Origin: the human T2T-CHM13v2.0 reference genome, Homo sapiens
NCBI RefSeq assembly: GCF_009914755.1
Contig: NC_060933.1
DNA: 64,000 nucleotides
Reading direction: 5' to 3' (one strand)
A program made the position numbers and the translations under genes. Under the pieces are notes generated by a model, which was not told where the DNA came from, ran no database searches, and was given only the letters and a program-made list of their open reading frames with translations. Shown here in pieces: positions 1-16,630 of this stretch (positions within the stretch are counted from its first letter, which is position 1; every line of letters starts with the position of its first letter).

Positions 1-1460
1 TACATTTATCACTGTTCAGAGATCAATTGCATCATCTTCCCTACCCTTCACTTTAAGAAGCAGCTCAAACTCCATCTCTTTGCCTGAGCATCCCAGCTAC
101 AATGCCCCTGGCCCCCACTTCCCCCCGCCTTGGGAACTCTCCTGGACTCTCAAAGAGTGCTCACTGTGCTACTCACTGGAGCCAATCAACAGAGGACTTT
201 TTTTATTGTTTGAAAAATTCATTTGTATTCCCTCAACTAAATGAAAAATTATATAGAAGCCTGGACCAGATCCCCAAATTACTGTTTTCCTTTTCTAAAC
301 TGTAATACTTCCAACTTATATTACTTTGCTCCTTGTAAACCACTTAAAATCCTCTTGGATCAAGGCAAAGTAGAAAAACAAAATTAAAGATTTCCAAAAA
401 GGACCAGGGCTGTGCCCTAAATATATGGTAGAGTCTTAATAAAACATTATTAAGTGATTGATTTAAAATTTTGCAGTCAAATCATAATTTATTAAGATTA
501 TACACTCATCTGAAACAAACTCCAAAGTGTGTGAATGAAGTAAAGTCAAGCAGAAGGAGAGCATGCTTGGGCTTAAACCCAGGCACCAATCCTTCTGTAT
601 GCAGCCCTCAGGAAGAGCAACAGTAACTGTGTATGGAAGCATCACATGCAAGTACATATGTGCAGGAGAACAATCCAGACTCTCAATTGCAGTCCTTTCT
701 AAGAAGTGAGGTTGCACACCATTAAGAGCTGGCCCATCCAATATGGATTATTCCCAATCATAGTATTATGGAAGAGGACTAGAGACAGGTGTAAAAGGAC
801 ATGCAGGAATAAAGCTTTTCAAAGGCCACATCATCATTAATCCCCTTTAGAAGAACTCAAATATGCTATGAGCAAAACAACTTATCAAACTTGACAAATA
901 ATTTAGCTTTGCAATGTAAAATTTACCATATCAGCCCTCCCTGACCTCAGTAGAGCCAATTTTGCTTAAGAGTAGTCAATTATATGCATCTGTGATCATC
1001 CCTTGTCATAGATGCAATAAGGAGAAGCATCAGCATATACTGGAATATACTTTAGACTTTATAAGTACATGTGCATATCACAGCATATAGCATATGAATA
1101 TAGTATTCCTCTGTGTATCCTAAACAACAGACATATACTTAGTAATAGAAATAATAGCAAATGGTTACACTTTTCAAAATAACCTACTCCATCCAATACA
1201 AACATTCTTGGTGTTCAGTATTAATGGTCACATTTTGTACATGTGCAATAATCCTTTTCAAGCAAAAGGCCAACCTTTGTTGAAACAGACCAAACATTAT
1301 GAATCATGAATAAGAGGATATTTAATGATCTGTGGCATGGTTTGATTAATGGACTTACCTTTAATAAGGAAGCAGTTTATTAAATTTCTTCTGGAATGAT
1401 GACATTTCCCAAAATCAGCTTTAAATATAAAATTTAATTCTTTGAGAAATATGAATGCTT

Positions 1461-1978
<518 letters not shown>

Positions 1979-3269
1979 TTATATTTAGGGACTCAGTCAA
2001 TATATTTCATATTATGAACAACATTGTTTCAACTGTCGCTCCACTGTCTTTGTCAATATTTATTTATATAAAATTTTGATCTCTAAATACACTAACCATG
2101 TAAGTAATTATTCATTTTATCATCATTTCAATAGGAAAAAACAAAAAATTGACATTCTAGAGGGGAAATTTAGCTGTCTAATTAGTAGGACAAAACTGAT
2201 TAAATGAAATAAAAAGATTATGTTTTCTCTGCTTCTTCAATTTTGAGCCATTTTCATTTCAGTGGAAAAAACTAGCCCCAACCTCAGTGCATAAGGAGAA
2301 AATATCAGAAGAATATTGATGAAATTAATAAGTCACGGTTTCCTACGCTTACTGGGTGTATAGGAAAACAATCTTTTGTGTTAAAAAGGTTAAATAAATG
2401 TAATCAGCTTATGCAGAATTTTGAATTATTCCTTCTTGGGATAATTTAGTTACCAGAATTGGTAAACAACCATATTTGCTATATATAAATATAAAGAGGA
2501 CAGGAATGAGACCTTCCTAAATACTACTCTAATAACATCATCATTCTCTAGAAAAATTCGTAGCTAGTCTCAAATGCTTCTAGGATAAAATCCAAACTTC
2601 AAAATGCAGCCTATAAAATACTCCTTAATTTGGCCACTTCCTACCTACATAATTTTATGATCTGCTACCCTGATTTACTCTCCTCTAAGCAGTCCTCATT
2701 GCCCTGCCTATAGTCAAACCCATCTCCTTCTGGGAATGCCTTCCCCACTCCCCAGTCCTCAAAAGCCTGACACAAGGTCCCCTTTGCTACTAGCCTTTCT
2801 AGCCATGCAGCTACACTGAACTCTGACAATATTTAGAATTTTTAATTTGATAAGTAAATGGATGAGTATGTGAAAAATTCATAATGTTTATATCTACATG
2901 TGTATAGACATAGATTCTCTTCTAGATAATGCCTTCATAATAGGGACTTTCTCTTTGAGGTCTTTGAATCACCTGCAATCAGAAATATAGCTAGAATAAT
3001 AGGAAAAATAATTGCTTCCATTTATCACCTGGTTCTTTTAAATAAGGTAATAAGCGAGTATGCTGATCTAACAGTTTTCAACACTGAGACAAAAAGTGAT
3101 CTTCTACATTGAGAAGGCTATGGGAGCTTTATCAGCTAATAGAGAATCTTTGAGTAATTTCTTTTGGGGATAATTTAGTTATGCGATATTGATATTTGTT
3201 ACATATAAATGAGGTTACAGGAAGCAGTTTGAAACCTCAAGAAAGCTTGATGCCTTTTTTTGGTGCTAG

Positions 3270-3569
3270 TTTTTTTTTTTTTTTTTTTTTTTTTAGACGG
3301 AGTTTTGCTCTGTCACCCAGGCTGGAGTGCAGTGGCGCGATCTCAGCTCACTGCAAGCTCTGCCTCACGGATTCACGTCATTCTCCTGCCTCAGCCTGTA
3401 GCTGGGACTACAGGCGCCTGCCAAGGCGCCCTGGCTAATTTTTTGTATTTTTAGTAGAGATGGGGTTTTACCGTGTTAGCCAGGATGGTCTCGATCTCCT
3501 GGTCTCGTGATCCGCCCGCCTTGCCTCCCAAAGTGCTGGGATTACAGGCTTGAGCCACCGCGCCCCGCC
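3270..3569 (-). mobile_element. AluY-like SINE
   Basis: Poly-T then Alu reverse complement with gcaagctc and gtgttagccaggatggtctcgatctc diagnostics. TSD tttggtgctagttttt. Confidence 0.9.
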
Positions 3570-3654
3570 TTTGGTGCTAGTTTTTTACCCACCAATGGCT
3601 AGGTCTCACTCCAGTCACATTCTTCTTGAGATAAATACTTGTTTTGCCAAAAAT

Positions 3655-4075
3655 GACAAACAACTCAAATGTCCATCAAGAGGTGAATGGATAAACTGTG
3701 GTACATTCCAAATAAAATACTACTAACCAATAAAAAAGGAAAATAAACTGGTACAAGCACATTAAAAAAAAAACCTCAAAAACACTATGTTGAATATAAG
3801 AAGTCAAACGCAAATGATAGATAATATGAGATTCCATTCCTATGGAATTTGACATCAGGCAAAATGAATCTGTCATCACAGAAAGCAATTAGTTGTCTAG
3901 GGATGGGAGACTAACTGTAATGAACATGGGAACTTTTTAGGGTTATAGAAATGTTCTACATGCTAATGGTAGTGGTGGGTGCATGGTTCATACATTTGTC
4001 ATAACACCTCACAGTGTACACTGGAAAAGGCAACATTTTATCCAATGCAAATTATATTTCAAATAAAGTTAATTT
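3655..4075 (+). mobile_element. Old L1M 3' fragment
   Basis: aaatgtccatcaa..gtgaatggataaac..tgtggtacat and downstream L1M 3'UTR-like motifs. Confidence 0.7.
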
Positions 4076-6769
4076 AACATTTTTAAAGGTTAGTTATGAC
4101 TGCCTCTAACATAATCCATATTACAATTACACATGATAGCTAAGGAAACTAAAATCTAGTTGACAATTTTCTTAAGATGTAGTCTATAGGACTATTTTCT
4201 TAAGGTATAGTCCTCTGGATTCTCCAGAGGATAAATAGTCCTTTACTCAGCACTGAACTCTTTCCAAATCACAATTACTACTCATTACTTAGGATCCAGG
4301 GATAAGAGTAGCCATCCCAGGAGTCTACTCAGGTGAGACAGATTAAATACAGAGCTGAGAAAGGTGATTTTCAAAACACCCAGACTGGTTTAAATTACTC
4401 CTTGCTTCTCTAAATCACAGACATGGTTTGTGTTTTGTTTTTTAGGGGTAGAAAGGTGGGATGATTTGTTATGAAATCTCGGAGAGATCCTCAACAGTGG
4501 TGGGCTTTTCTGATCCCTTTTAATATCCTTTTTAATATCCCTTTTAATCCCTTCAAAGGCCAGGTATTTAAATGCTGCCTCTTGGTGGCTTCCTCCCCAT
4601 ATCCTCACCATGCTTTGTTCCAACAGCAGCTCCCAGATGGAGCAATAAGGATGTGTCAGTTGCTCAAAGTGTACTATAAAAACATCACTTTTTTCTGATC
4701 TATAATAGAATTGCAGAATTTTACTACCTAAGTGGACAAGTGGCATAACAGAAAAATCTTCCTATATGACAACTTAATATTCTTTTGATTGTGTAGCACT
4801 TGGATTTTCATGGGGTGAGGGAGAGGTATGGTTTCATAAATGACCACATGAAAGGGCATAAGGGTAGAGACTGAAACTTTGGACAAAACATTGCTATGCC
4901 CTAAATTATTATCTCATGTATATGGAATTCAAACTCTTATTCCAGGGCTAATAAGATACATGTTTTAGCAGTTCTTCCAAATCAAATAATAGGTAGCATG
5001 TGCATCCAAAATTTCCTGAATGGCAAATGCTATCATTTGTTTGTTGAATTCTTATACCTTCCTACCATATTTTATTATATGCTATTCAATATTTCTTGAA
5101 CATCCACTCAGCAATGAGCTAAGTAATTGCAACTATGCAATATGCAGTGCAAATGTATTGTTGTTTGGTTGTAAAGCAGAACTTAAAAATTACATATGGT
5201 CAAATTACCATTATGTGAAAATTCCTAACATCACTGTCAAATTACCATTAAACTACTAGGATCTGAGTTCTTGGAAGCTTAGAAGCAAAAAAAATAATCA
5301 TTTCTTTTGTTTCTGTTAGCATCTCAACTGTGGCTTTCCCTTCCCTGGGGCAATGGAAGCCAAGGTTTAGCTTCAGAGGGAACACAATGTGTAAACTGAA
5401 TTTACCATGTGCTAAATTATAATTAATATACATATAAATTTGTAATATACAGCTCTACTGTATAAAAAACTGTTCCTGCCTCCAAGAAACCCATAATACA
5501 AACATATATTTCATAACAGGGTGTAGAATACAAAGCAGATTTTAACACATCTCAGCACATAGTTCTTGACCATGAATGTGTGTGACTGGCATGGAAGAGA
5601 TTATCTTCCATTTCACAGATGTAAACGCTGAAGCCCAGAGAAACAAAGACAAAGTCCAAGTTCACACACCAAGACTCTCAGGGTTTCTGACTCCTGTTTC
5701 TGTATTTTTAATAGCATACCAGCCTCTTTAGGGATACAATACACAGACACATGAAAGGGGCTTAAGTACACATAGAAACCAACACAATACACCTGAAGGT
5801 TTTACAGACTGATAGTGCACTCTCCCTCGGTAAGGACCAATTTGAAAGGAAAAACAGAAACTCCAAGGTGGAGTCTGGCAGAAGGAAGATCTGGCTTGGA
5901 GGTAAATAAGAGGATATTCTAGGTCATGAGAATGTTCCCACAAAGACACTAGAGGGAAGGATTAGCAAGCGAATTTGTTTCGCTGGAAAGAGAATGTATT
6001 GGAAAGTATAATACAATAAGATTTTGTATTCATCCCCTGGGGTCTAATCTTGAAGATGTTACAACATTCAAACAACCCACTTAGCTGAAGCTAGCTGAAG
6101 AATAGAAACAGAACTGTAATAATGGTGGCAAACAGATGTTTACTAGCACAATGAAATATCTTTATCTGTTTGCACATGCAAGGTAGAACAGCCAATACCT
6201 ACTAGGTGGTTGGGCACAAAAAGGAAACGAACCTCATTACATTATTACATTTATTATCATTTTTTAGGCTTAACTTTACCCCCAAGGGAAATAAATGCTT
6301 ATGTATTCTCTAATAAGGCTAATAGCAAAAATGCCTATTTGTTTTATATTTACTTGCAGTGCTCTCAGGAGTTGAAAATTTGACCCCGCATGAAAGCATA
6401 TATAGGAATCCAATCAATAAGCTGATCTCCTTACTGTAAACAATGTATTTAGGCATTTGTGGCAGGTGTCCTTGTTTCAGTGACATCTCCTGAGAAATAA
6501 TAAGGAAGGGGTAGGAAGAAGTAAAAAGGGGGAGGAAGGGATGGGAAAGACTGGCAGTGCGTAGCCAGGGAAGAAGAAATGATTCCTGGAGAAAGACAGC
6601 AAAAGTTGGCCACAACACTGCTTCTGGGCCAGGCAACGAGGGGAAGCAAGATATACAAAAGCAGCTCTGTGCATAGGCAATGAGTAAATTAAGCACACAA
6701 ATGAAACACCTATTGCATTTGCATTCAGATTTCATGATCGTGGTAGTTCTCAATATATCTAAAGCCTTT

Positions 6770-7105
<336 letters not shown>

Positions 7106-7570
7106 CTAAAGCCTTCTTGTCATTCCTTTTTCATAAGTACAGAACACAGGTAGTCTGTGACAGGTACTTCACACAGCTTATTAGGCTTGGGCTTCCCTTG
7201 GGTAAGTCCATAAAAAAGGTAAAACGAGTCTTTCCTCCTGGTCCAACTTGTCTTCTATGAAACCTCCTACCTATTTCTGGCCTAGACATGAACTCTTGGG
7301 GCACTGGCCCGCGTTCCAAGATATTCTTCCTTCCACCTCCTCATATCTCCCATCCCATCTCAATCTGTTCCCTTTTAACCCACTAGCCTAGGAATTTGCA
7401 GATACAATTAGATACTAGGAGCTTCAAAAGAAAGGAACTGGTCATTTCAAGGAGTCTAGAGAGAGAATTTGGGGCAACAATCCTTCCCTATGTCCCTCAA
7501 AATCCCTTGAATTCTGGAAGCTGCCATGTCTACTTACATTCAGGACAACTAGGCTAAGCACCTCAACTAA

Positions 7571-7865
<295 letters not shown>

Positions 7866-9289
7866 TTACCTAAAGTTTAAAATAACCCTCTCAGATGAAG
7901 GAAAGGTCATGACCAAGCAGAAGGGGTTGGGGTTGGTGATGAGACAGTGAAGAACCCTCCCACCTCTAACTGGTTCAGTGTAATTTATTTGACCCACTGA
8001 GATTCTGAAAACCAAATTCTCTGGTTAGGCTTGAGTAAACAGCATGCTAAATGCAAAGGAGAATGTAAGAGATGACTTCATCATTGCTTCTGATAACTAA
8101 CTTCGTCATACTCCTCAAATCTAAAGATGGTCGGCTGGTTACCCTGCATCCTAGAACTAATAGAATGAAATTAAACAACACAATTTTTTAAGAAATTAAA
8201 TCCTTTACACAAACTAAATGAACCTCTTTAGTCAAAGGCAAGAAGTTACATGAGTCCACATCTTTGCCACTGGAATAAGTGTAAACATAAATATAATTTA
8301 ACTTTTTACCTGGCTCAGCAACAGTCAGCTGTGCTAATTATCCCCAAAGATTTTCAGCAGGAACCACCAGCCAGGCCAACAAACTATTAGGTTGAAAGCC
8401 TGGGTGTTCACCACAGGCAGGTCCATCTACTTATCTGCTAATGACTTTATGGATTTGCTTCACGCAAATAAGATCTCTGCAGAGCTCTCAGGAATGGGAA
8501 AAACACCTTGGGAATGTCAACTTTCACAGATCAGAGCCAGGTTTAATGCCACTAAAGAGCTTCAGAATTTGAGCTCATGAGTTGGTCGCCCTTTTCCTGG
8601 AAATTAGGAGAATCACAGAAGCCACAATCCTAAAGGCATCCCTTTATACTTCAATCATGCACCCAATGGGAATTGCTCAAAGTCAGTGACATAACAAGAA
8701 GGCCTTGATGGACAAGTCAAATGAAATAAGAATCTTAACCCAACCACCCATTGCCCACACCATGATCAGACTAACTAGTTTAACTCACCATTGCTATTTT
8801 TCAGTGGGAAAGTAGAGGGGAGAGTTTTGCTGAAAAGAGGGAGAAAATAAAGGGGAAAAACCTACCTATGGAGAGGTGCATGACATGCAGCAGCATTTCC
8901 CCAAATCCAGTTGCCCACATACCACCTGCACAATTTTCTGCTACATCTGCATACCATGAGGATTATTATTTATATTTTTAAAAAGACACTTGATATTGTG
9001 GCTTTAAATAAAAAACAAATATCATTTGCTATATAAATCTATTGGTAAACATAAAATGTAACTACTGATTTTTTTAAAAAATAGCCCCTGAAGCAGAAAA
9101 AGAACTGGCACCAGGATTCCACAAAGCTGGCCCCAAGCCAGCTCAGGCAGAGAATGCAAATTCCTCTAGATTTCCCGGAGGAGCTGTCTCCTTTCCTCCT
9201 CTACTGAGCAGGACAGGATGCAGAGCTCCTGTTCCTTTGACCAGCTGATGGAGAACGAGGCCTTGTCAGCCAGGCCTCGGTTAACTTTC

Positions 9290-9760
9290 TAGCTCCAACT
9301 GCATCCCTGTCTGGGGGAGTTTAGGCAAGCTGCTTAATCACTCTATTCCACAGAATGACAACAAATTTCCTTTTTACAGTAGTTGTAGAGAGCAAATGAA
9401 ATAGAGTAATGTACATAGAGCACTTGGCACTTTACCTGCTGGATAACAGGGACTTATTATAATTGTTGTTGCTGCTGTTTTAACCCTAAAATGAGGATAA
9501 GCAAACATATCTCCTTTACAGGATTGCCTTAAACCCATTGTTTCCAGCCACTGTTTATTAAGGGATTTGCTTCCTAGGTGCCAGGCATTATGCTAAGCAC
9601 TGGACATTAATTCTCATTTGATCCTTATCTCTTTGAGCCTCCTAATAACCTATATGATAAGTATTATTAGGATCCCTACTTACAAAAGAAGAAGGCGGGA
9701 CTTGCCCCAGGTCACTCAGTAATAAATCAGTGAGCTGGCTTCAACTCCAGTCTCTGAGAA
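9290..9760. mobile_element. Two MIR fragments in opposite orientation (~9290-9460 plus, ~9545-9760 minus)
   Basis: ggcaagctgcttaatcactct...gcacttggcac and gtgccaggcattatgctaagcac...gacttgccccaggtcactcag match the MIR core. Confidence 0.6.
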
Positions 9761-11695
9761 AGCATTTAAAAACTGGAGAACTGTAGGAGTGTGAGCTATC
9801 TACAACAGCGATAGTCTCAACTTGACTTTCTTTATCTCTTAGCCACAAAATAGAACCTTAAAAGGTCAAAATTCTCCACACAGAGTAACTGAGGAAAAAT
9901 CAATTAAAACAGACGGCCATATCTATTATTATCATCAATTAAATATAATATAACAAATCCATTCAACTAGATTGATTTTCAACATAGTAGCCAAAAAACT
10001 CATATTTGGAGTCATTTGAGACTAGCCATTTTCAATAGGGATGTTCCCAAGAATGATTAGAAAGTCCTACGAATGAATGGGCAGCTGCAATTACTCTGTC
10101 ACATTTTTCTACACCTAATAATGGCTCCAATGCTTGTCTTGTAAACCAACTCTCCCCGAAGAATATTCAAATATTCTGTACTCATATAATTTGTTTATAA
10201 TCCCTATTCCATGTCATAGAAACTATCATTATAAGGGTATCATTGGTTTTTCATGAACTTTGTTTTAGCATTATAAATACTAAGTATAGTAGTCTCAGAA
10301 ACAGAAGTAGCTCCTTCACCACCCCATGTAATGACGAGAATAGGTAAAAACTCATCAGTTCTTTTCAAGGACACTTGAAAATCGAAGCTGAATTGCTGAC
10401 AGACAAGTTCACGTATTTTCAAACATAGATTCTGCACATTTATTGAGACTCCTGTATTATTTTTCAAATTAGGGAAAAAATATAGGTGGGTAATAAATGT
10501 ATATCTTCCACCAAATTATGCTTTTTATTTGAGGAGGAGTGTGAAAACAATTACCGTAACCTACTTTAATTACTGACTTTCACGTACAAGTATATGATCC
10601 CATTCTGTACTTAAAATAACAAATTCATAAGAATTTGATTGAATAGCATAATCTCTTCTTGGCTAACAGGAATGACCCATTTTTATGAGACAAGGGCAGG
10701 AGAAAATGGGTTTAAATTGCATGGCAAACAACGCAGACCCATCTGCAATGCTCATTTCTCTGTTACTGTAATTATTTATGGCCCTGCAGTTCAAGTTCTA
10801 GTACCTCCAACAAGTTTGCCCCAACTACTCCCATTCCCGAATGCCCAATGCATTTTCAGTCCACTCCACTGACTAAAACTTAATGTCTAGCCCTCTTCCC
10901 TAACACCATTTGCTTCCCCTTTGAACTGTACACCACAATTTTAATTACCATGTCCCTCTTTCCCACTAGCCTGGGTGTTCCATGAAGATAGAACAGGATA
11001 GGTCTCATTCTGCTGGCAACTGGCAGAGTTTTTAGTTGCATTATGTTCAACAAATAATTGTTGAATGAATTACTGTTTTTGTTTAGTCCCTAACTTGACT
11101 GCCAGTTCCCAGGAATATGAGATGGCTCTCTGGTAGGAGTTACGCAAAAAAGTGGAAGAGGTATTTGGTGTTTTTTTTTTTTTTTTTGAAACCCTTCCAA
11201 ACACAAAAAACCTACAATCCAACCAAAAATTTTAAAACTCAGTCTAGGGAAAATGGCCCAGGGTAATGGCAGAAAGGGAAGGAGAAAGAAAGGATTGAAT
11301 TCAAAATAGCCAAGGTTTACATGACACCTCTGTGCCTTACAAATCTGTGACTTGGGCAATTTCATCTTCTTGGGCTGGATTCTTCATCTCTAAGACGATC
11401 ATATCACCTAGTAACACCTAATAAATAGGATTTTTGAAATTGAACTGCATTGTATATAAAATGCCAATGCACTTCCTGGGCCATAAAATGCACCTAATAT
11501 GTTGGTGCACTTTCAACCTCTAATTATTTGATTATTTCAACCCCTAATTATTTGATTTAAAGAAAACCGGGTAATAAGGTTCCTGAAAAAAAAAAGAGAA
11601 GAGGGTAAAAATTAAGATGTGTTTTGGTGCTTTTAAACTAAATATTTGAGATAGACATTTTAAAGGTAAGATATTTGGGATAAGATTTTCAGTTA

Positions 11696-12036
<341 letters not shown>

Positions 12037-12203
12037 AAGATGAGGAAAATGAGCATGGAAAGTAAAAACGAACTAAGAGCATCTGAAAAATAGAAAAAAA
12101 TACAGGAAAATACTGCAGTTTTAATTGTAATTTTTTAAAGGACTATTTTTTAAAAAATTGTCTGTCACCCAGAAATTGTTCTTACTGGATGCTGGATTTT
12201 TCT

Positions 12204-12525
<322 letters not shown>

Positions 12526-13324
12526 TAATATCTGTCCAGACTTACTACAAAGGCATATCTTCTAGTTTTGTTGATTACTTTCTTGGCAATCACTTGATAT
12601 CTAATGGATATTTGTGAATAAGGCCTAAAATATTTTTAAAATTATACCTAATGCCTTTGCAAAGTACTGCAAAGTAGTCCCTTGAGAGGCAGATATGATA
12701 CGGTGAGATTCAACCGAAAGACTTAGACTGTGACTAGAAAGAAAACAGACCATATCTGAAAAATCTCACCTAACCAGTTCACTAAGGTTAAAAGTAAATT
12801 CTGCCCTTTGGGTTCTGAAATGTGGCGAGGCTTGAAAATCCCAGTTAGCTGTATTTTACAGCCCCTGTCTGGTTTTCATTATGTGTGCATTACATTTCCT
12901 TCAAGAAAATTACAAAGTTCAGTAATTTGTTTAGTGTCCAAGCATGCCACACAGCACGTTAGTGAGTAGAAAATCAATCATCACATCAAGGAAAGGTGAT
13001 AGGAAATTATCTCATAATTGATGGTATTTAGAAATGTATTAATCAGTCAGCTCTTCTAATGAACAAGGAAGCTTGATGGCAATACCGTGGCCCCAGGAGG
13101 GACCTGCTGTGAGAAGCAGCTGAACTGTTCACTGAACTCCCTGGGCCTTAGTTTCCCCACCATAAAAAAGGAAAGAGCTCAGAAATATGTCCTGTCTGAT
13201 TCTTTAGTGTTTAGGAATTTGTAATAATGTTTATAGTTCCACTCTCCAGTGGAATTATTTATACCCTTTCTCACACAGGTAAGACAGCCAGTAAGTCAAG
13301 ATATCTTGGTGGACCGTATTTTCT

Positions 13325-13561
13325 TTTCTTTTTTAGAAACAGAGTCTCACTCTGTCACCTAAACTGGAAGGCTGGAGTGCAGTGTTGTGATCCTAGCTCA
13401 CTTTAGCCTTGAACTCCTGGGATCAAGCGACCCTCCCACCTCAGCCTTCTGAATGGCTGGGACTACAGATATGTGCCCCACACCTGGATGATTTTTTCTG
13501 TTTTTTTTTTTTTTGTTTTTTTTGTTTTTGAGACAGGGTCTCATTATGTTGCCCAGGGTGG
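13325..13561 (-). mobile_element. 5'-truncated AluJ
   Basis: Right arm and part of the left arm in reverse complement. Confidence 0.8.
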
Positions 13562-13949
13562 CATATTTTCATTTGAGAAAGCCTACTTCATTAATTGCAC
13601 ATGGCACCCCACATCCCAAATTCTATTTAGCTAAGTGTGAAAAACAATTTGCCTTCATCATGAAGTATGTTTTGTTCCTTCTGGAACAACTCATTTTCTG
13701 TTAGTTTGCCCCTGCTGATACGCATTATGCCTGGAGTGTGTTTTTCACTGCATGGAGTATTTTTCACTGCATGGAAAGGACATGCTTCCCAGGGTCTGTC
13801 CCTGCATGACAGGTTTGAGGCTGAAGACAGTGCTTTAGAGGACCACGAGCGAAGTAGGAACTGGGACTGAATATATTCTGGGCTTATGCTTATGGGTGTG
13901 CAAAAATAGCTTGAAGACCTTGAAGTTCTGGACCACAGCACGTCCCTGC

Positions 13950-14310
13950 CAGGCTCACCATAGGAGTTAGCATGCTCCCTCTCTACCTACAGGTCTTGGC
14001 CCAAATGCTAGTATCTCAGTGAGGCTGACATCTTACTTCATTCTGTATATGTCCCAAGCCCCTGACACTACTATCTATTTTGTTCCCATAATATAGACCT
14101 TTTTCTACACAAATTATGTTTACCATTTATTTTATGCCGCACCCCCCCCAAAACGGGCAATATATTCACACCTACACAGACACACATTACAATGTCAGCT
14201 GCACAACGGCAGGGAGCCATTGTCTGGTTTGTTCACTGACGTATCCCAAGCACCCCGAACACTGCCTGGCATGTGGCCAGGGCCAAAAGCTCACTGGTGA
14301 ATAAATGAAA
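13950..14310 (+). mobile_element. L2 3' end fragment
   Basis: ggcaggga..ttgtctggtttgttcactg..gtatccc..actgcctggca..gtgaataaatgaa resembles the L2 3' terminus. Confidence 0.6.
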
Positions 14311-14335
14311 AGTGTCCCATTGGTTGAATATTATT

Positions 14336-14717
<382 letters not shown>

Positions 14718-14770
14718 TAACCAAAGGTGTACAGAGGATCAAAGTCTGAAAACTGCTGCTGACTGAATCA

Positions 14771-15143
<373 letters not shown>

Positions 15144-15319
15144 TTATACATAATTTTATGAAAACCAGAAGACCCTGCTGATATATGAGTTGATTTGAGG
15201 TTCTTTTCTCTTTCCCCAAACATAGGAAAAGTGGTAAATAAAATGGGAGATGAGAATTACTGTTCCAGATCTTGTATTTAAATAACCCAAATTGAACCCA
15301 GAAGCTTAAAAAAATAAGC

Positions 15320-15780
15320 CATCTGGACGGCAGTTTGGCAAAACCTTTGACCCAGCAAATTACACTTCTAAGAATTTAACTAAAGGTTGCAAACAAGCAA
15401 GATAAAAGGTTTTCAAGAATTTCACCGCATCACTGCTTATACTGGTGAACAACCAGAGATAATCTAAATGTCCAACAACCTGGGTTGATTATGCGAGCTG
15501 TTTAAAGATATACAATGGGAAAGTCCACAGCCACTAACACAGGGCTAGAGAAGATGGCCAAATGACATGGAATGGTATTCACCACGAGGTTCATGAAAAA
15601 TGATGTGTTGAGATCCAGTTTTTGGTGAGATAGAAAAAAAGCATAGGAAAAAAACTAGAAAGATACTATTTTAGAAGTATTCACAAGCCTATCAGGAAAT
15701 GACACTTGATGGGATTTTTTTTTTCGTTTTCACTTGTCTGTATTGTCTAAATTATTTTTGTAATAAACTATTTTTAAAGT
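15320..15780 (+). mobile_element. Old L1ME fragment
   Basis: ggcagtttggca..cctttgacccagcaa..cacttcta..ctaaatgtccaacaa motifs. Confidence 0.55.
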
Positions 15781-16439
15781 GCCTTTGTGCAGATGAGATA
15801 CACAGGAATATGTTACTGTTTCTGAGGGAAACTATCTGAGCATTTAACTTATTCTCATGATTTCCATACCAATAAGTCTATTGTTGTTACCAAACACATA
15901 TATCAAAGCCATGTCTAAAAGAGTTAGCACCCTTCTGAGAAAAAAAGCAAATTCTTAAAATCAAAATGCAAACACTTCAGTTCACAGCTTACTAACCCAA
16001 GAAACCATCTTACAAGAGAACAGATGTGATTAGTGAAATAAATTGTTTAAGTTACGGGGAAAAACATAGTCGCTGGAAGTTTAAGTAGGGACATGTTCCA
16101 GCAGTTAACTGAAATATAACTGATGTCCCATCTCTCCATTTCTCTCTATAAATAAGTCTTTACCCTGACTCTCTCCAGTGTGTCCCCAGCTAGCCTAGCC
16201 TCTGCCAGTGGCCAGGGAAGTGACACTGTGCCCTATATGAGAGTCTCCAGATGGTTATAGCAGCATCAAAAACATCCAGACACCTCATGTACCTTCATTC
16301 TCATTGCCTGATTTAGAGAAAAGAAACTTATGAATCAGAGTAGAGTGCTTTTCTAGGTAGGCTGAGGAACAGTGGTTACTTCTGACAGAGAAAAAAGGGG
16401 GTAGTTTTTTTTTTTTTTTTCCAAACCTTAGGTTCTGTG

Positions 16440-16630
16440 TTGTTGTTGTTTTAATTTTAGACTCAGGCAGTACATGTGCATGTTTTTACATGGGTATATG
16501 GCATACTGGCGGGGACTGGGCTTCTAGTGTATCCATTCCCCAGCTAGTGAACATTGAACCTATAGGTAATTTTTCAACCCTTGCCCCCCTCCCCACTCTC
16601 CTCGCTTTTGGCATTCCCAGTATCTATTAT
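16440..16630 (-). mobile_element. L1PB-like 3' end fragment
   Basis: gtacatgtgca..ttacatgggtata..ataggtaatttttcaaccct is the reverse complement of an L1P 3'UTR. Confidence 0.7.

Noticed and set aside
13738-13777. Short tandem duplications (also ~4518-4550, ~11519-11557, ~59936-59967)
   Set aside because: Ordinary 11-22-bp slippage duplications with no further signal.
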